NCBI RefSeq assembly: GCF_009914755.1
Contig: NC_060928.1
Reading direction: 5' to 3' (one strand)
DNA: 64,000 nucleotides
DNA from: the human T2T-CHM13v2.0 reference genome, Homo sapiens
The notes beneath the pieces are model-generated. The model had not been told where the DNA came from. It ran no database searches and saw nothing but the letters and a program-made list of their open reading frames with translations. Of the stretch, positions 39,151 through 52,745 are shown piece after piece (the stretch's first letter is position 1; each line of letters begins with the position of its first letter). The position numbers and the translations under genes were made by a program.

Positions 39151-40561
39151 CTAAAATTAAAAAAGAAAGCCAACAGTTTATATAGATATGTTACACTCAT
39201 GTAATGAATTTTAAATTAATAGAGAATAAAATGCAAATTGCAGAAAGATTCTGAAGCTACAAACTGAGCACCGTCGGTTTTGGACTCTCGTACGGTCACA
39301 AATTAGTTACCATTCCTGGGCCTCAGTCTCTCATCGATGGTTCCTTCCACCTCTAATTATTAGGACCTATGACACTATGAGTAGGTGATTTCTAGGTAAG
39401 TTAAAGACGAAATGAGATAATGCATGTCTAGTAATTACATAGCATGTGTTCAATAAGGTTAATTCCTTTTCTTTTCTTATAGCTAAAATTGCACAGCAAG
39501 TATTCCTTCTTCCAAGTGTTCTAAGGGACAGTTCTAAAGCTGAAGCTGTTGGGTTTGTAAATAGGGCCCATGCAGAGCAGCAGAGTTAAAGCAAAGATTC
39601 AGGGGTAACAATTTATCCCCACATAGCAAATCTCTGTCTTTCCTATGGGCTATTTCCATGGATGAAGAAAAAGAACTCAAAGATACAGGTACAAAGCACT
39701 GTGTTTGTGATGGCTGTTTCTAGTATAATAAAAACCTATTCTAAAGCACCTACTACATGCCAGGTACTGTGCATGGAACTAGCAATTCACAAATAAATAA
39801 AAAGTGGTGGGAAGAACGCTCAGACCACAGTCAATAGGGACAAACGTGTTTCCAGAGGGAGAATGATTACTAGCCAGTGGCCTGCTGGTCCTCTGACGAC
39901 GTCTTACTCCAGCTTCCGACTCACACACTTTGCACTCGTTCCAAACACACGTGGCCCCAGCCTTGCAAGGTCTGCGGAACTTTCATCTCTTCCATGGAAG
40001 TTTTTCTGTCAAGGCCAACCCAGGCTAATTTTCACTTTGCTCTGATCTTAAAAGGACTTCTGCACACCACACTCTTGGCACTCAATTATTCATGGCCATG
40101 TACTCTGACCTAACTTTTATATACACACCTCTTTGTCAGTGGCAGAACTATGCAAGGAGGGGCTGCCCATCTTTCCCTACAGTTGTAAGCACAACAAGAA
40201 GCACAGAGGTGATCAATAAACACTGTGGAATGAGTATATGCCTAAATACAAAATAGCATTGATCACAAAAGAAACATCCATGGTTTGTCTGGAGATATGT
40301 CAGTTTGGGTTCAGCTAAATTTCCCACATAGTCTAGACTCTTATTATAAATGTGATTCAGAAAAACACCCTAAGGCATTGTAAGCAAACAAATCAAAGAA
40401 AAAGAATTAAGTATGGTCACAATATTCATTTATTTCACAGATAGCAAATCAGGACTGAGAGACTGTCCACCATCCCTGACACTGCTCAACACTTTCACGT
40501 ACATGGCCTATTTCTCTTCCCAACAACCCTGCTGTGCTATGATTCTTACTGTTCTCATTAA

Positions 40562-41037
<476 letters not shown>

Positions 41038-41876
41038 GGAAATCTGACTTTTAAGTCTGTTGGGAAAAAAATTAAGAGATACGCAAGCAAGGTGTTCATT
41101 CCATCACATACAAGATTTGACCAAGCTACTCCTCTGTTTCAAAACCTTCAATGGTTTCCATCTCCTTACCTCCTTCCCCTGCCTACCAGGGGTCAAACAC
41201 TCAACTACTTCCAGGGGCCATGTGAACAGCATAAATGAGCAAAGCAAGGGAAATGCGTGGGTAGAATACATTCGACAGTGGTGAATTCTGGTTTCAAAAT
41301 ACACTGCAGTTAAAGGAAGCAGCTCTGCATGCTGATTTGCCAAAGGAAAGCCAATGAGTCATCTCAGTGTCTAAACAACGGGAAAAAGTCCAAACTCCCA
41401 AATGCAGCACTCAAGGCCCTTCACAACTCAGCGCTGAAAGTCCCTGCCGCACACCCCGCACCACTCCAGCCTCCAAGTCCCAGGCCTTCCCCTCACTTGC
41501 ATACCCATATGGTTCTCCCTTTCCCTGGAACGCCCTACCCATCATTCTCTCCCAGGCAAATTCTTCCTCCTCATTCAAGATTCTCTTTTCCTCCTCATAC
41601 TCACCCTACACTCCCAGCTGCAGTCAGATCCCATTCCCGCACAAAACGCTACATGTGCATCTATTTCAGCACCTGTTCCTTCATGATAACAATGACTAGT
41701 TCATAAACTGATTTCCCTTCACCAGACTGCAAACTCTGAGAGGGCAGAGAGTCCTCTCTCTTTCCCCAGAGCTTGTCAGGCACAGTTTCTGGCACAAAGC
41801 AGACCCTCAGAAACTTTTACTAAATATTGAATAAATAGTGGGTACTGAATAATCCCAGAAGGATTATACCTGCTAC

Positions 41877-42396
41877 CGTAGGCAGAATAATGGTTTTCCA
41901 GCTTCCCCAGGCCCATCCCCCTGTAAGATGTCCAACTCCTAATCGCCAGAACCTGTGACTATATGGTGTTACATGACAACAGGGCATTAATGCAGCACAT
42001 GAGTTAAGGTTGCTGATCAGCTGACCTTAAAGTAGAGAGATTATCCTGAATTATCTGGGTAGGCTCAATCACAAGGGTCGGTAAATGTGGAAGTGGGAGG
42101 CAGAAGGGAGAGTGAGAGTAATGCAATGTGAGAAAGACTCATTCCAATGTTGCTGGTTTTGAAGATGGGGAAAGGAAGCCAAAGAATGTGGGCAGCCTCT
42201 AGAAGCTGGAAAGGGCAGGGCAATGGGCCTTCCTTAGAGCCTCCAGAAAAGAACACGGTCCTGCCAACACCTTGATTTTAGCTCAGGGAGTCCCATTTTG
42301 GACACCTGACTTATAGAACTATAAGATAATAAATCTGTGTTGTTGTAAGCCACAAGTTTGACGTAATTGGTTACAGCAGCAATGAGAAACTAATAC
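41877..42396 (+). mobile_element. MLT1D-like MaLR solo LTR
   Basis: gtaggcagaataatgg, gttaaggttgctgatcagctgacctt, cagcctctagaagctggaaa, gcagcaatgagaaactaataca. Confidence 0.8.
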
Positions 42397-43214
42397 ACCT
42401 ACTAAGAACCTTACTATCCACAACAGGTGTTTTTTTAGAAGCCATAAAGTTTTCCATACAAAGTTTTGAAAAGTGCAGAGGAATCTACTGTACAGGTTAG
42501 ATCCAGCTGCCCACCCCTACTTTTAGTTAGTTCTATTCTACAAGGGAGGGATGGTGCCTAGGGATGAATGCCAGGAGCAAGCAAGCTCCACAGAGGCCCA
42601 CAAGCACATAATTATTATACAAGAGGTTGCAGTTAGTCTAACAAATGTGATCCCAACTTCATATGCTCTGTAATGGGAAATTTCTATGAAACGAGGTTAT
42701 TAAAACAGAGTGCAGGTGGTTCAGGATTAAACAGAATTCTTGATAAGAGGTGTGTTAAGTAATTACTGACTAAATTACATCAATATAATAACTCAATACT
42801 TAACAGGAACACAATGTATGATATTTTAAATGCTGAGAATGAAAAAATAAAGGAACATTAAGATTTCTTTAGAAATTTGAGAGCTCTGAATTTTCTATTA
42901 ATTTCTTTAAAAAAAAACAAAAAAAAAACATGACAAATCAACAACAAAGAAAAAAGTTCAACAAATCTTTGATTTATCTACATAGGCATACCTAAGTCCC
43001 CAAATAGCATAATACAATTATCTCTGCAGAGAATGATTTGACTGTTTAATCACATGACTACCATTAACTTTATAAAGACTCTTGGCCAAGCTTAATCTAT
43101 TTACTGTTAGACTCAGTCCTATTTTTCAGAATAAACTGGCAAAGACCGCATATTATAGCGCATACAATTCTGACGTGCTCATTACATTTTCACATTTTTA
43201 GAGAGGTTAAGTAG

Positions 43215-43421
<207 letters not shown>

Positions 43422-44353
43422 TAATATGATAAAGTAGGAATAAGTATATACATCAAGAGAATGCCTCTTACTTGAGGTGTGTTCAGAAGGTGCAGCATCA
43501 CCATGTAAAATCTACTAAGACTGGGCAACCTAACAGCTTCACAAGATCATCTGTCCTCACAAGTGAACAGTCTTCCATCAGACTGATGGTCTATCATGGA
43601 AAAGAGTTTTCATCAGTGAGCTACGGTTTGATTACACCGCCATATTAAATATGTCTCCATCAGAGAGGAAGGGTATGGACAAAGAATAGAGAATTCTGTA
43701 TTTCTAACATAAAGTGTAGTTTAAAACAAGAATTGAACTGTAGATAAAAGAAAAAGGAAAGGAATGTAATATTTATTTAATGTCTCCTCTATACTAGTTA
43801 CTGTAAATGAGTTATTTCACTTAACTCTGATAACCTGTGGAAACAGATATTCTTAGTGGAAAGAAACCAAAGCTCAAGACTGACTGAGCTGGAACTAGAA
43901 CCCTTAACCATTACGGGGAACTAGCATGGGCTCCCTCAGTACTGTTAAATTAATAAATATGTTGGTGTTTTTTAGTTTCATTTGATGTTAAAGTCGTTTT
44001 AATGTCCACTGTATATTGTTATTTCACTAAAGAATCTCCTACTTAATATTTAGTGATATTAAGGAATAATAAATTTCAGTTAGGTGTAATAATGATATTA
44101 TGTACTAGGATTATGTTTTCATTTATCTTTCTGTTTTTAGAATGCTTATATTTTATACACGGAACAACTTACAAGTAAAATTATACAATGCCCAGGATTT
44201 GCTTCACAATAAGACAGGGGGAGGTAACAGATGCAACAGGATGAGTCCTGAGTTGCTCAAGGCTGAAGGTGAGTACATGCTTATATGGGGGGTTCCTTGT
44301 GCTATTCCACTTTAGTATATATTTGAAATTTTCCATAATAACATGTTATTTTA

Positions 44354-44798
<445 letters not shown>

Positions 44799-47700
44799 TT
44801 AGTAACAACTAAATCCCAACAATCTCTGGCTACTTTATTTCTAAGTACTTGCAATCTTTGCTTAAATTCCATGTAACAGGATCAATGCCACCAAAAAACA
44901 ACAACAAAACTTTCACTGGGACCTCACTCCCAGTCAGGCGGAAGTCCAAAAGAGCTCTGTGTGTGCTACTCACCCACTTCTCCCAGCAATGCCCAGGAGC
45001 AGTGACAGCATCATGGCTGCCCCATGGATGAGAAAACCGAGTCAGAGAGAGGATAAGGAATTTCCTCAGGGACATGTGGGTTGAAGCCTGGATCCAATCC
45101 AGCCAGTCTAAGTACCAGTCTTGAGTTCTTAACTGCCAAATTTACACAGAATCCTGGCAAGTCACAACTACAGTTTTCCAGTGCTATATTTGCAAGGAAG
45201 CACCTGGGAACTGAGAAAAAGCCTCCACGTGGGCAATATCAACATCAACCTGCTCTTTTCTTTTTGTACTACATCTCTATTCAACATGCAGTACATGCTT
45301 GATTTCACCCAATCGTGATCGCTACTTACAGAGCACCCGCCACGTGTGTGCCAGGTAGTGCATAAACTGCTTGACGTGTGCTCTGTGGTTTCCACCCCTC
45401 CATAACGATCGTACGAATTAGACATTACCTCCTCCTGCCCCACCTAGTAAACATGGAAACAAACCTAAGCAAGGTCACAAGGCTAATAAACGGAAGAATT
45501 GGCATTGATCACAGATCTGTATGGCTCACAGTGTTCATGTTATGTTTAGCTTAGTTAGGTCTGAATTTTTCTTCATAGAAAGAAACTGAGCTTCATGAGA
45601 GTATTTGTGAGAGTATTTGTATATGTTGATTTTTTAACAAATTAACTACACTGGATACAGAAAGATCGGCAAAAAAAAAAAAAAAAAACGTTTTCACTGA
45701 TTGACATTTGTCTCCTCTGAAGTTGGCTACTACTGTTCCTTGCGTTTTACGACATGGGGGGCTTTGGATTGGCAAGCCCATAGGGGTATTGAGAAGAAGG
45801 TTCACAAATACAGCAAGGAAAAAGAATGGTCAGAAAGACTGGCAGTACAACGGTGACCAGTGCATTTTGAGTATCTATCATCAAGCCACCTGAAAACATG
45901 GTTTAAACAAGTAACGAAAGCAACATCCAGGATTGTTCATTCTCCCGTTTGAGTTCATCTATATTCAGTTTTCAGCTTAGAATAGGGTAGAGGGCAGAGG
46001 AAAAGACTCTGTGGGGGGCCTGGATGAATCAGGGTGGACAAAAGAAAGATGGGCATGAAATCCAGGGAGTTGGCCAAGGTGCCTGGGTTCTACTCCCTGC
46101 TTTGCCACTTACTGTGAAGGGATTCCTTATTCCCCACTGCCATGCATCATGTGGAGGGACTTCAGCTGGACCAGTCTTCCTGGCCTATCTCCCAACCTTT
46201 ACTCACTCTTCTTAGAGGGAAGAGGAGAGAGCTGTGTTCAGATTTTGAGAAGGGAGAGCATGCTGCCCTGTCCTCTCCTCTTTTCAGATCGACCAGCCAG
46301 CAGAGAGGGTATATTCTGGCCCATGCCCCACTCGTATTGGGCCATAACTCTAAAGTCAGGTTCTCCACTTGGCTTTTTCTTGCTGACTCCTGTATTTTTC
46401 TTTCAGGTAGTTCCACTGGACTGGGAAGAAAGGGATATATTTTACAAGCTCCACTCAACTTTTAACCTTTGCCAGCTGAAATTTTGAGCAAGTTGCTTAA
46501 TCTCCGTGGGCTTCACTACAAAAGGGAATTGGGTAAAAACTATTTTTAAAAAATAGTAGTGGCACAAGTTAATAGTCAATTTTTATTGAGTACTACATAC
46601 TATACGGCAGGCACCAATCTAAATGCTATGCATCCGATTTGCTTCTCCTAACAATCCCTTAGGGTAGGTATCATTATTACCCTTTTGCAGATGAGAAGAC
46701 AGTAAACTAACACATCCTGTATAAATGGTTTGAAATAAATACAAAAATAAATTTTTGTTTGGTATGTCTCAAACCGAGTGCCTGTGTGCTTTTAGCTTCT
46801 GCAAGTCTACCCACAAAGATGACTCTGCTGTCCCATCTGAGTACAATTAAGTCACTGCAGGTCGCATTTACCAGACCTGTAGAAGGGACATAGTGAGATC
46901 TAACTTGTTCAGGTGAAAGGCACTGTCTATAGCTATGGGCCAGCACAGAACTAACAGCCACAATCCAGGATCAGCCAGGCTCTGGCTCCTTCATTAGGCT
47001 AATACTTAACCAAACAAGTTATTTAAACTCCATTCTAAAACTACAGGCATTCATCTGACTCATCCCATTCTTTCTCCAAAGATAAATCAAGTTTACTTTT
47101 TAACTAGCTATATTTTAATGACGCTAATTTCCTAGATCATCAAGACATTGAAATTCTCCATAAAACCCATCTACCATAAAACCAAATTCATTATAAAACA
47201 GCAGTATGGTCCCTACATGAGATGCATTTGACAGGGGGAAAAAAAGACTCTCTTACATTATCTGCTCTTATACACATAAAGGTTTTACTAGGAAACACCA
47301 AACAAAACAACACAGCATCCCAATAGGCAAACAGGTCTCCTGTGAGAGCTGGTCCTATCAGTGGATCTACACAGTTGACATGGACTCAACACCAGGAACT
47401 ACTAACATGGATGAAAGTCCCATAAGCATATTACCTAGTGGGGAAAAACTGAGACAAAACAGAGGTTGCCCAAAGCATGTATGGTGTGACCCATATGCGT
47501 GAAACATAGGAAATGCACACCTAGAGCTGTATACATACATAGAGGGGAATCTAAAAGACTGCTCGGCAAGGTATCAATGATTGTAGGTGGTAAGATTTGG
47601 AGACTGCTTTCTTCTTCATACTTTTTGCACTTTAAAATTTTTCTACAGTTACTATGTAAAATCCTTATAATCAGATAAAACATGTTATTAAACAATCAAA

Positions 47701-48196
47701 AAGGGTGAATCTTCCCACATACTTCCTTGACTAAAACTGTACATTACCTTCCCCTTTAACCCAGGATAAGCCCACATCCTCATGCCCAAGGCCCGCCAGT
47801 GCCCTACGCTCTGCTGCTGTCTCCAGACGCAAAGCCCTCCCTGCTTCCCAATCCTGTCTTCTGACTCACTCCTATGCGTGAGGCTCTGCTCAGGTGTCAC
47901 ACCTCCTAAAGGCTTCCCTGCTAACTCGAGGCCAGGTTAAGGATCCATCTTGCAAATACATCCCTTGCAGAGATGTCACCATCTTCTGAGTTTTGAATTG
48001 TTTTCATGTCTCCCTGACATAAGCTGCTGAGGCGTCTGCCTAGCCCAAAGTGGCTCCTCAATAACTATTTAATGCTCCACATGGGATTTTCTTTTTTTAA
48101 AAAACTTTTTGAATTGATTTTCTATCCCCTTCAAGAATCAGTAATAGGGTACAATAAACTCCAAACATACTAAGGCAGCCACATACTTCCCATTAT

Positions 48197-48209
48197 CCAC
48201 TAGATGGCA
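48197..48209 (+). promoter_or_regulatory. Candidate CTCF site CCACTAGATGGCA
   Basis: Exact fit to the CTCF core CCASYAGRKGGC in unique sequence. Motif only; no binding data. Confidence 0.5.
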
Positions 48210-51200
48210 ACACAAGTATTAGAGCAGCAGTAATAACAGGACCTCTCAAAAACAGCAGTTTTTTCCCAAGGACTTTAAAAATTTCTCTGATTCTTTTGAT
48301 CTGGAATCAAAGGATTAATAAAGGTTCACCATTCTGTGCAGGAGGAAGCTGAAATGAGATTGTTTTTAAGCATACATATGCACTACAGATGAGTTGAGTC
48401 CAGGAATATTCTGAAACACTGCACTCTAGGCAGATTCCACACAAAGGGAGCTCTGGGAGCATGGCTGCCAGCTGCCATCCCAGGCGGCAGGCCCAGCTTT
48501 GTTTTTATGTGTCACCCACAGAACAGCCTTGCTAGCTGTTCCTTCGTGGGTGTTTTGTGAATTACCCAAAGCACGATATACTGTACAACAAAAACCCTGG
48601 TACAAAATGATGGGATTCTTCTCAAAGAGCGACCGCATTCTGACTGTGGGGAGAGTTCAAAGCAGTCGGCAAGTGTCCTTTGCTGATCACAGCAGTGGTT
48701 TGACTTGCAAACCCCCTCACCCTTCCCAGGATGATAGAAATTCTGTTCTGCTGGCACTCACAACACTTCCAACAAAGACCTGATTGATTATGGAACACTA
48801 AGTACTGATTTGCATAATTTGCCTCTGCAAGAAACAAGCATTGTTCAAGATTAAAGAGACTCCAGTAGGTCCCTCTGGCATATTGTAAAAAGTTCCCTGT
48901 AACACAAAATCATTATTTTTTTTTCATTCAATCAGTGGACACAGCTTGCTGTTCAGTTAGTATGCAGCCAAAGGCACAGCCAGAAAAACCACTGCTGTAT
49001 GTTTGCCAACTACTGACAAGTTAAAGTGATTTTTCACAAGGATCATGTACCCAAGTTTAATTTGGAGCCCACTGACTAAATTCCGAGTCTAACTCCTTTC
49101 ACTCTTAATTGAAAAATGCATCAATAGCAATTACTAAGTCAGAGCTAAAAGTTCAGAACTAACACACCTCTGGAGCATGTTGACCTGCTGATGTCACAGT
49201 GGGGACTGTCTGAGTCCTATCCCTGTGCAAAAGAAGCTCCCCAGTGACCAATCACCCACAAAAGAGGCTAGCACAGCCACAGACATTCCACTGTGCTCAG
49301 GACCACAGCAGCGAGTTTGTTGAGGGAATACATAAAGGAACTGTTCCTTTCTCGCTTTCTTCTTTTCTTTCAGCAGTTGTTGAGTAAGCAACTCCTGTCA
49401 CTTTCCCCCAATTCCTACTGAGGGGGACACTCTTCACCAGGCCTCACCAAACTCGGATGGCTCTCCTCCCTGCTCCTGCCTCCTCCTTCCTTGTCCCCTC
49501 CTGAAGCACTAGCCTCCCTCGGGTTCCAGAACACCACTGTCTCTAGGTTCTTTTCTAAAACCTATAACTCCTTTTCTTCACCTTCATTCATTCCCTCTCT
49601 GCCTTTGTTAATCTCTGAAACTTCTTGTAAGTTCAGCCCTTGGCTCTTTCTTTACATGTTCTTGCTAAGCTCACTCATTCCAATCCATAGCTTTATTTAC
49701 TGTCTACATGAATTGTCCACCCAGCCGCTGCCTCCCTCCTGTGTTCAAGCTGAGTGTATCCAAATGCTTTTTAGATACTGCCACTGTGTGTCCCACTGAC
49801 GCCTCAAAAGCAATATGTCCCAACGGTATCCTCATGCAGCCACTCACACCCTCTGGCTTACTCCTAGTCCCTCCTGTTCTGACGGCCCCAAAGAGAAAGT
49901 CTTCATCCTTTCTAGATTCCAAGTTAGAACACCTTGGCCATTTTACACTCTTCTCTCTTTTTCACCCTACAAATGAAATTGGTCAGTCAGTCCCATCCAC
50001 TCACCTTGTTAAACACTGGCTAAAGGAGCCAGCTCCATCTACCAGCTTCTGTTCCTGCACTTCCTGCAACCACCTGCGTGCCAGACCACAGAGCCTTTCC
50101 TTAAGCAAGCCTCCTCTTCTCTGCCCTGCACTCTGGCACCTGCTTCTCTCTGCCCAGAATGTCTTCATTCCCATCACTCAACTTCTACTCAAAATTGCAG
50201 GCCCAAGGAGGCTTTAAAATATAGTATTCTGGGTTCACTTTCCACCTTCCTTGAGGCAAGCTGTAAGTGATAAATGTTAGCTGAATATATCAAGTTCTTT
50301 ATTCCATCAGTCTGGAAATCTTACCAGAAAAAATAAATAAGGCCATCTTAACCTAGGAAAAGTATAATCAATAGCTAAATAACCTATTGCTAAGAACCAA
50401 TACTAATCTTACGGGACTGCGGCTTCCAGAATTCAGCATATGTCTTTTTAGAGACAGAAGGAGAGAAAACATGTGCACAAAAGAGGAGACTGACTTTTCT
50501 AGATCCAACCTTCTTACTGCAGAGAGTCTCAAGTAACAGACAATGAGGCTGGTTAACAGGGGGGCATGGGTGGTTAACACTAGGTAGGTGGATTTAGCAG
50601 TCTAATTTCTCATATTAGCAACTAACTTTCTAACAACCTGGAACGTATAGCTTCCTTTCTAATATTAAGCCCCTATCATCTTTAAAGAAACCCAGAAATT
50701 AAAAAAAACAAAAACCTAGAATCTTAGTGTTGATGACACAAAGAACTCATGATTTAATTTCAAAAGTTGAGTGGCACCTTATAATGCTTAAGATTCCCAT
50801 TAAACTCAATGCAACTTCCATTTTAAAAGACTTCTAGGACTCTTACACCCATAGAAAAAAACAAATGTTTATTATGCACTCAACTCTTCCTCCTCACTCC
50901 TTCCAGCCCCAACTTACTAACTTCAATCTAATTAAACATCTTCATTCCCATTCTTCTAGTTCCCCAAACTACAATTATTTGGCATTACTGAACACATTCC
51001 CACTATTTCTGAAGCTCTGTCCACTCCCGGTTTACCTGACCTTACTATTTGCCTAGAACAGGCTAGATGACACACAGAGCAGTGACTACCTCCCTGCTTG
51101 GATGGTTAAGACTAGCAAGGATCTAGAAGACACCTGCTTTGCCAAAAGAGCAGCATGATAGGGCACCCACTGCCTCTCCCTGGCCATCCATTTCACCTCA

Positions 51201-51313
51201 GACAGTAAAAAGTTCTTTCTTACTCTGAATCGAGGTCAGCTACTGTGATCTACTCCACCTGAGTCTTCTCTCTTCTCCAAGCTAATCATTCCCAATCCTC
51301 TCAGGAATTTTTT

Positions 51314-51607
<294 letters not shown>

Positions 51608-52539
51608 CCTTCCTCTCAGGAATTTTTTATATGAAATACATCTGCGGCTTCTGGCCATACTTACTACCTCTGAAAATAGTTCATGGGCCTCCCAAATAAA
51701 ATACAGTTTCCAGAATAGAATCAATACTCTCTGTGTCAGCAGAAAGTGCAGAGGAAAACAGAACCATTGCTTCCCTTGTTCCAGACTCTGGGCTTCTAGT
51801 AATGCCACTTAAGGGCATGCTCACCTTCATGTCACTGAGTCGAGCTGAATTTACATCGACTAAAATGACTTTTTCCATGAGTGCTGCTGATAAACTAGGT
51901 CTTCATTATATGCACATTTTTCCTGGCCTCCTGTCATTTGCAATTCTGATCATTATGCCATTAAAGACATCTATAATGAAAAATCATCATTCAAAAAATG
52001 AGATGAAAATGGGATATAAAAAGTAACAAAGAACCGGAGACCCCTCCCTGTAGACAGCCAGCTCAACTAGTCACGAACACCCTAAGGGTCTATTTTAAAA
52101 ACATTTCCTCCACAAAAACATCACGGAGAGGCTTTGCTAACTACTGCCGTCTAAAAACAAATATTCTCCTCCCCTACCTGCCTAACAACCCAATCCAAAA
52201 CTACACAATAGGCTGGAAAGACATGGCTCAGGCTTCTGAATCCCTGCCGGTTAATAATGACTACTTTCTTTTCTGTGTGCTTGGAAAACTTTCTTTCATT
52301 TGTTCACTTGACAAATATGTAAGACCCAGCATGGGCCAGGCACATTAAGGACGGAGGTAATAAAGAAAAGAGGAAGGGAGGAGGGAGAACAGAACAAGAA
52401 GTTCCAACCCAAGGATCCGACCCAACTTCGCACTGCTTTGCGTTTCAATCCAAACCCCATCTGGTCTGGAGGCTGTGTGTGGAGAGTGTGCATGCATGCT
52501 GCATTCTTCTGAGTCTCCATACTGCAAAGGATGAAACCA

Positions 52540-52745
52540 GGTAAAACAGACCTGGGTTCAGATCCCAGCTCTGCCACTTACTAGTGACATGGCTTTGTGT
52601 CACTTAACCTCTTCCAGCCTTCATCTCTGAGGTATAAACTTGAGACAGTAATAATGCTGAAGGTGACTACAGGTCACTGATGAAAATAATGTCTGTGAAG
52701 AGTCTGACACTGTGTCTGGCACACAGTAGGTGCTCAACTACTCTA
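52540..52745 (+). mobile_element. MIR
   Basis: acagacctgggttcagatcccagctctgccacttactag...tctggcacacagtaggtgctcaa. Confidence 0.75.

Noticed and set aside
45822-45890. Short TTGATGA...CTGA box C/D-like stretch on the minus strand (also 43578-43616)
   Set aside because: Non-consensus box C, too short, and at most a 3-4 bp terminal stem; expected by chance.
49491-50217. 102- and 169-aa Ser/Leu/Pro-rich ORFs
   Set aside because: They lie in pyrimidine-rich L2-like relic sequence and show no coding signature.
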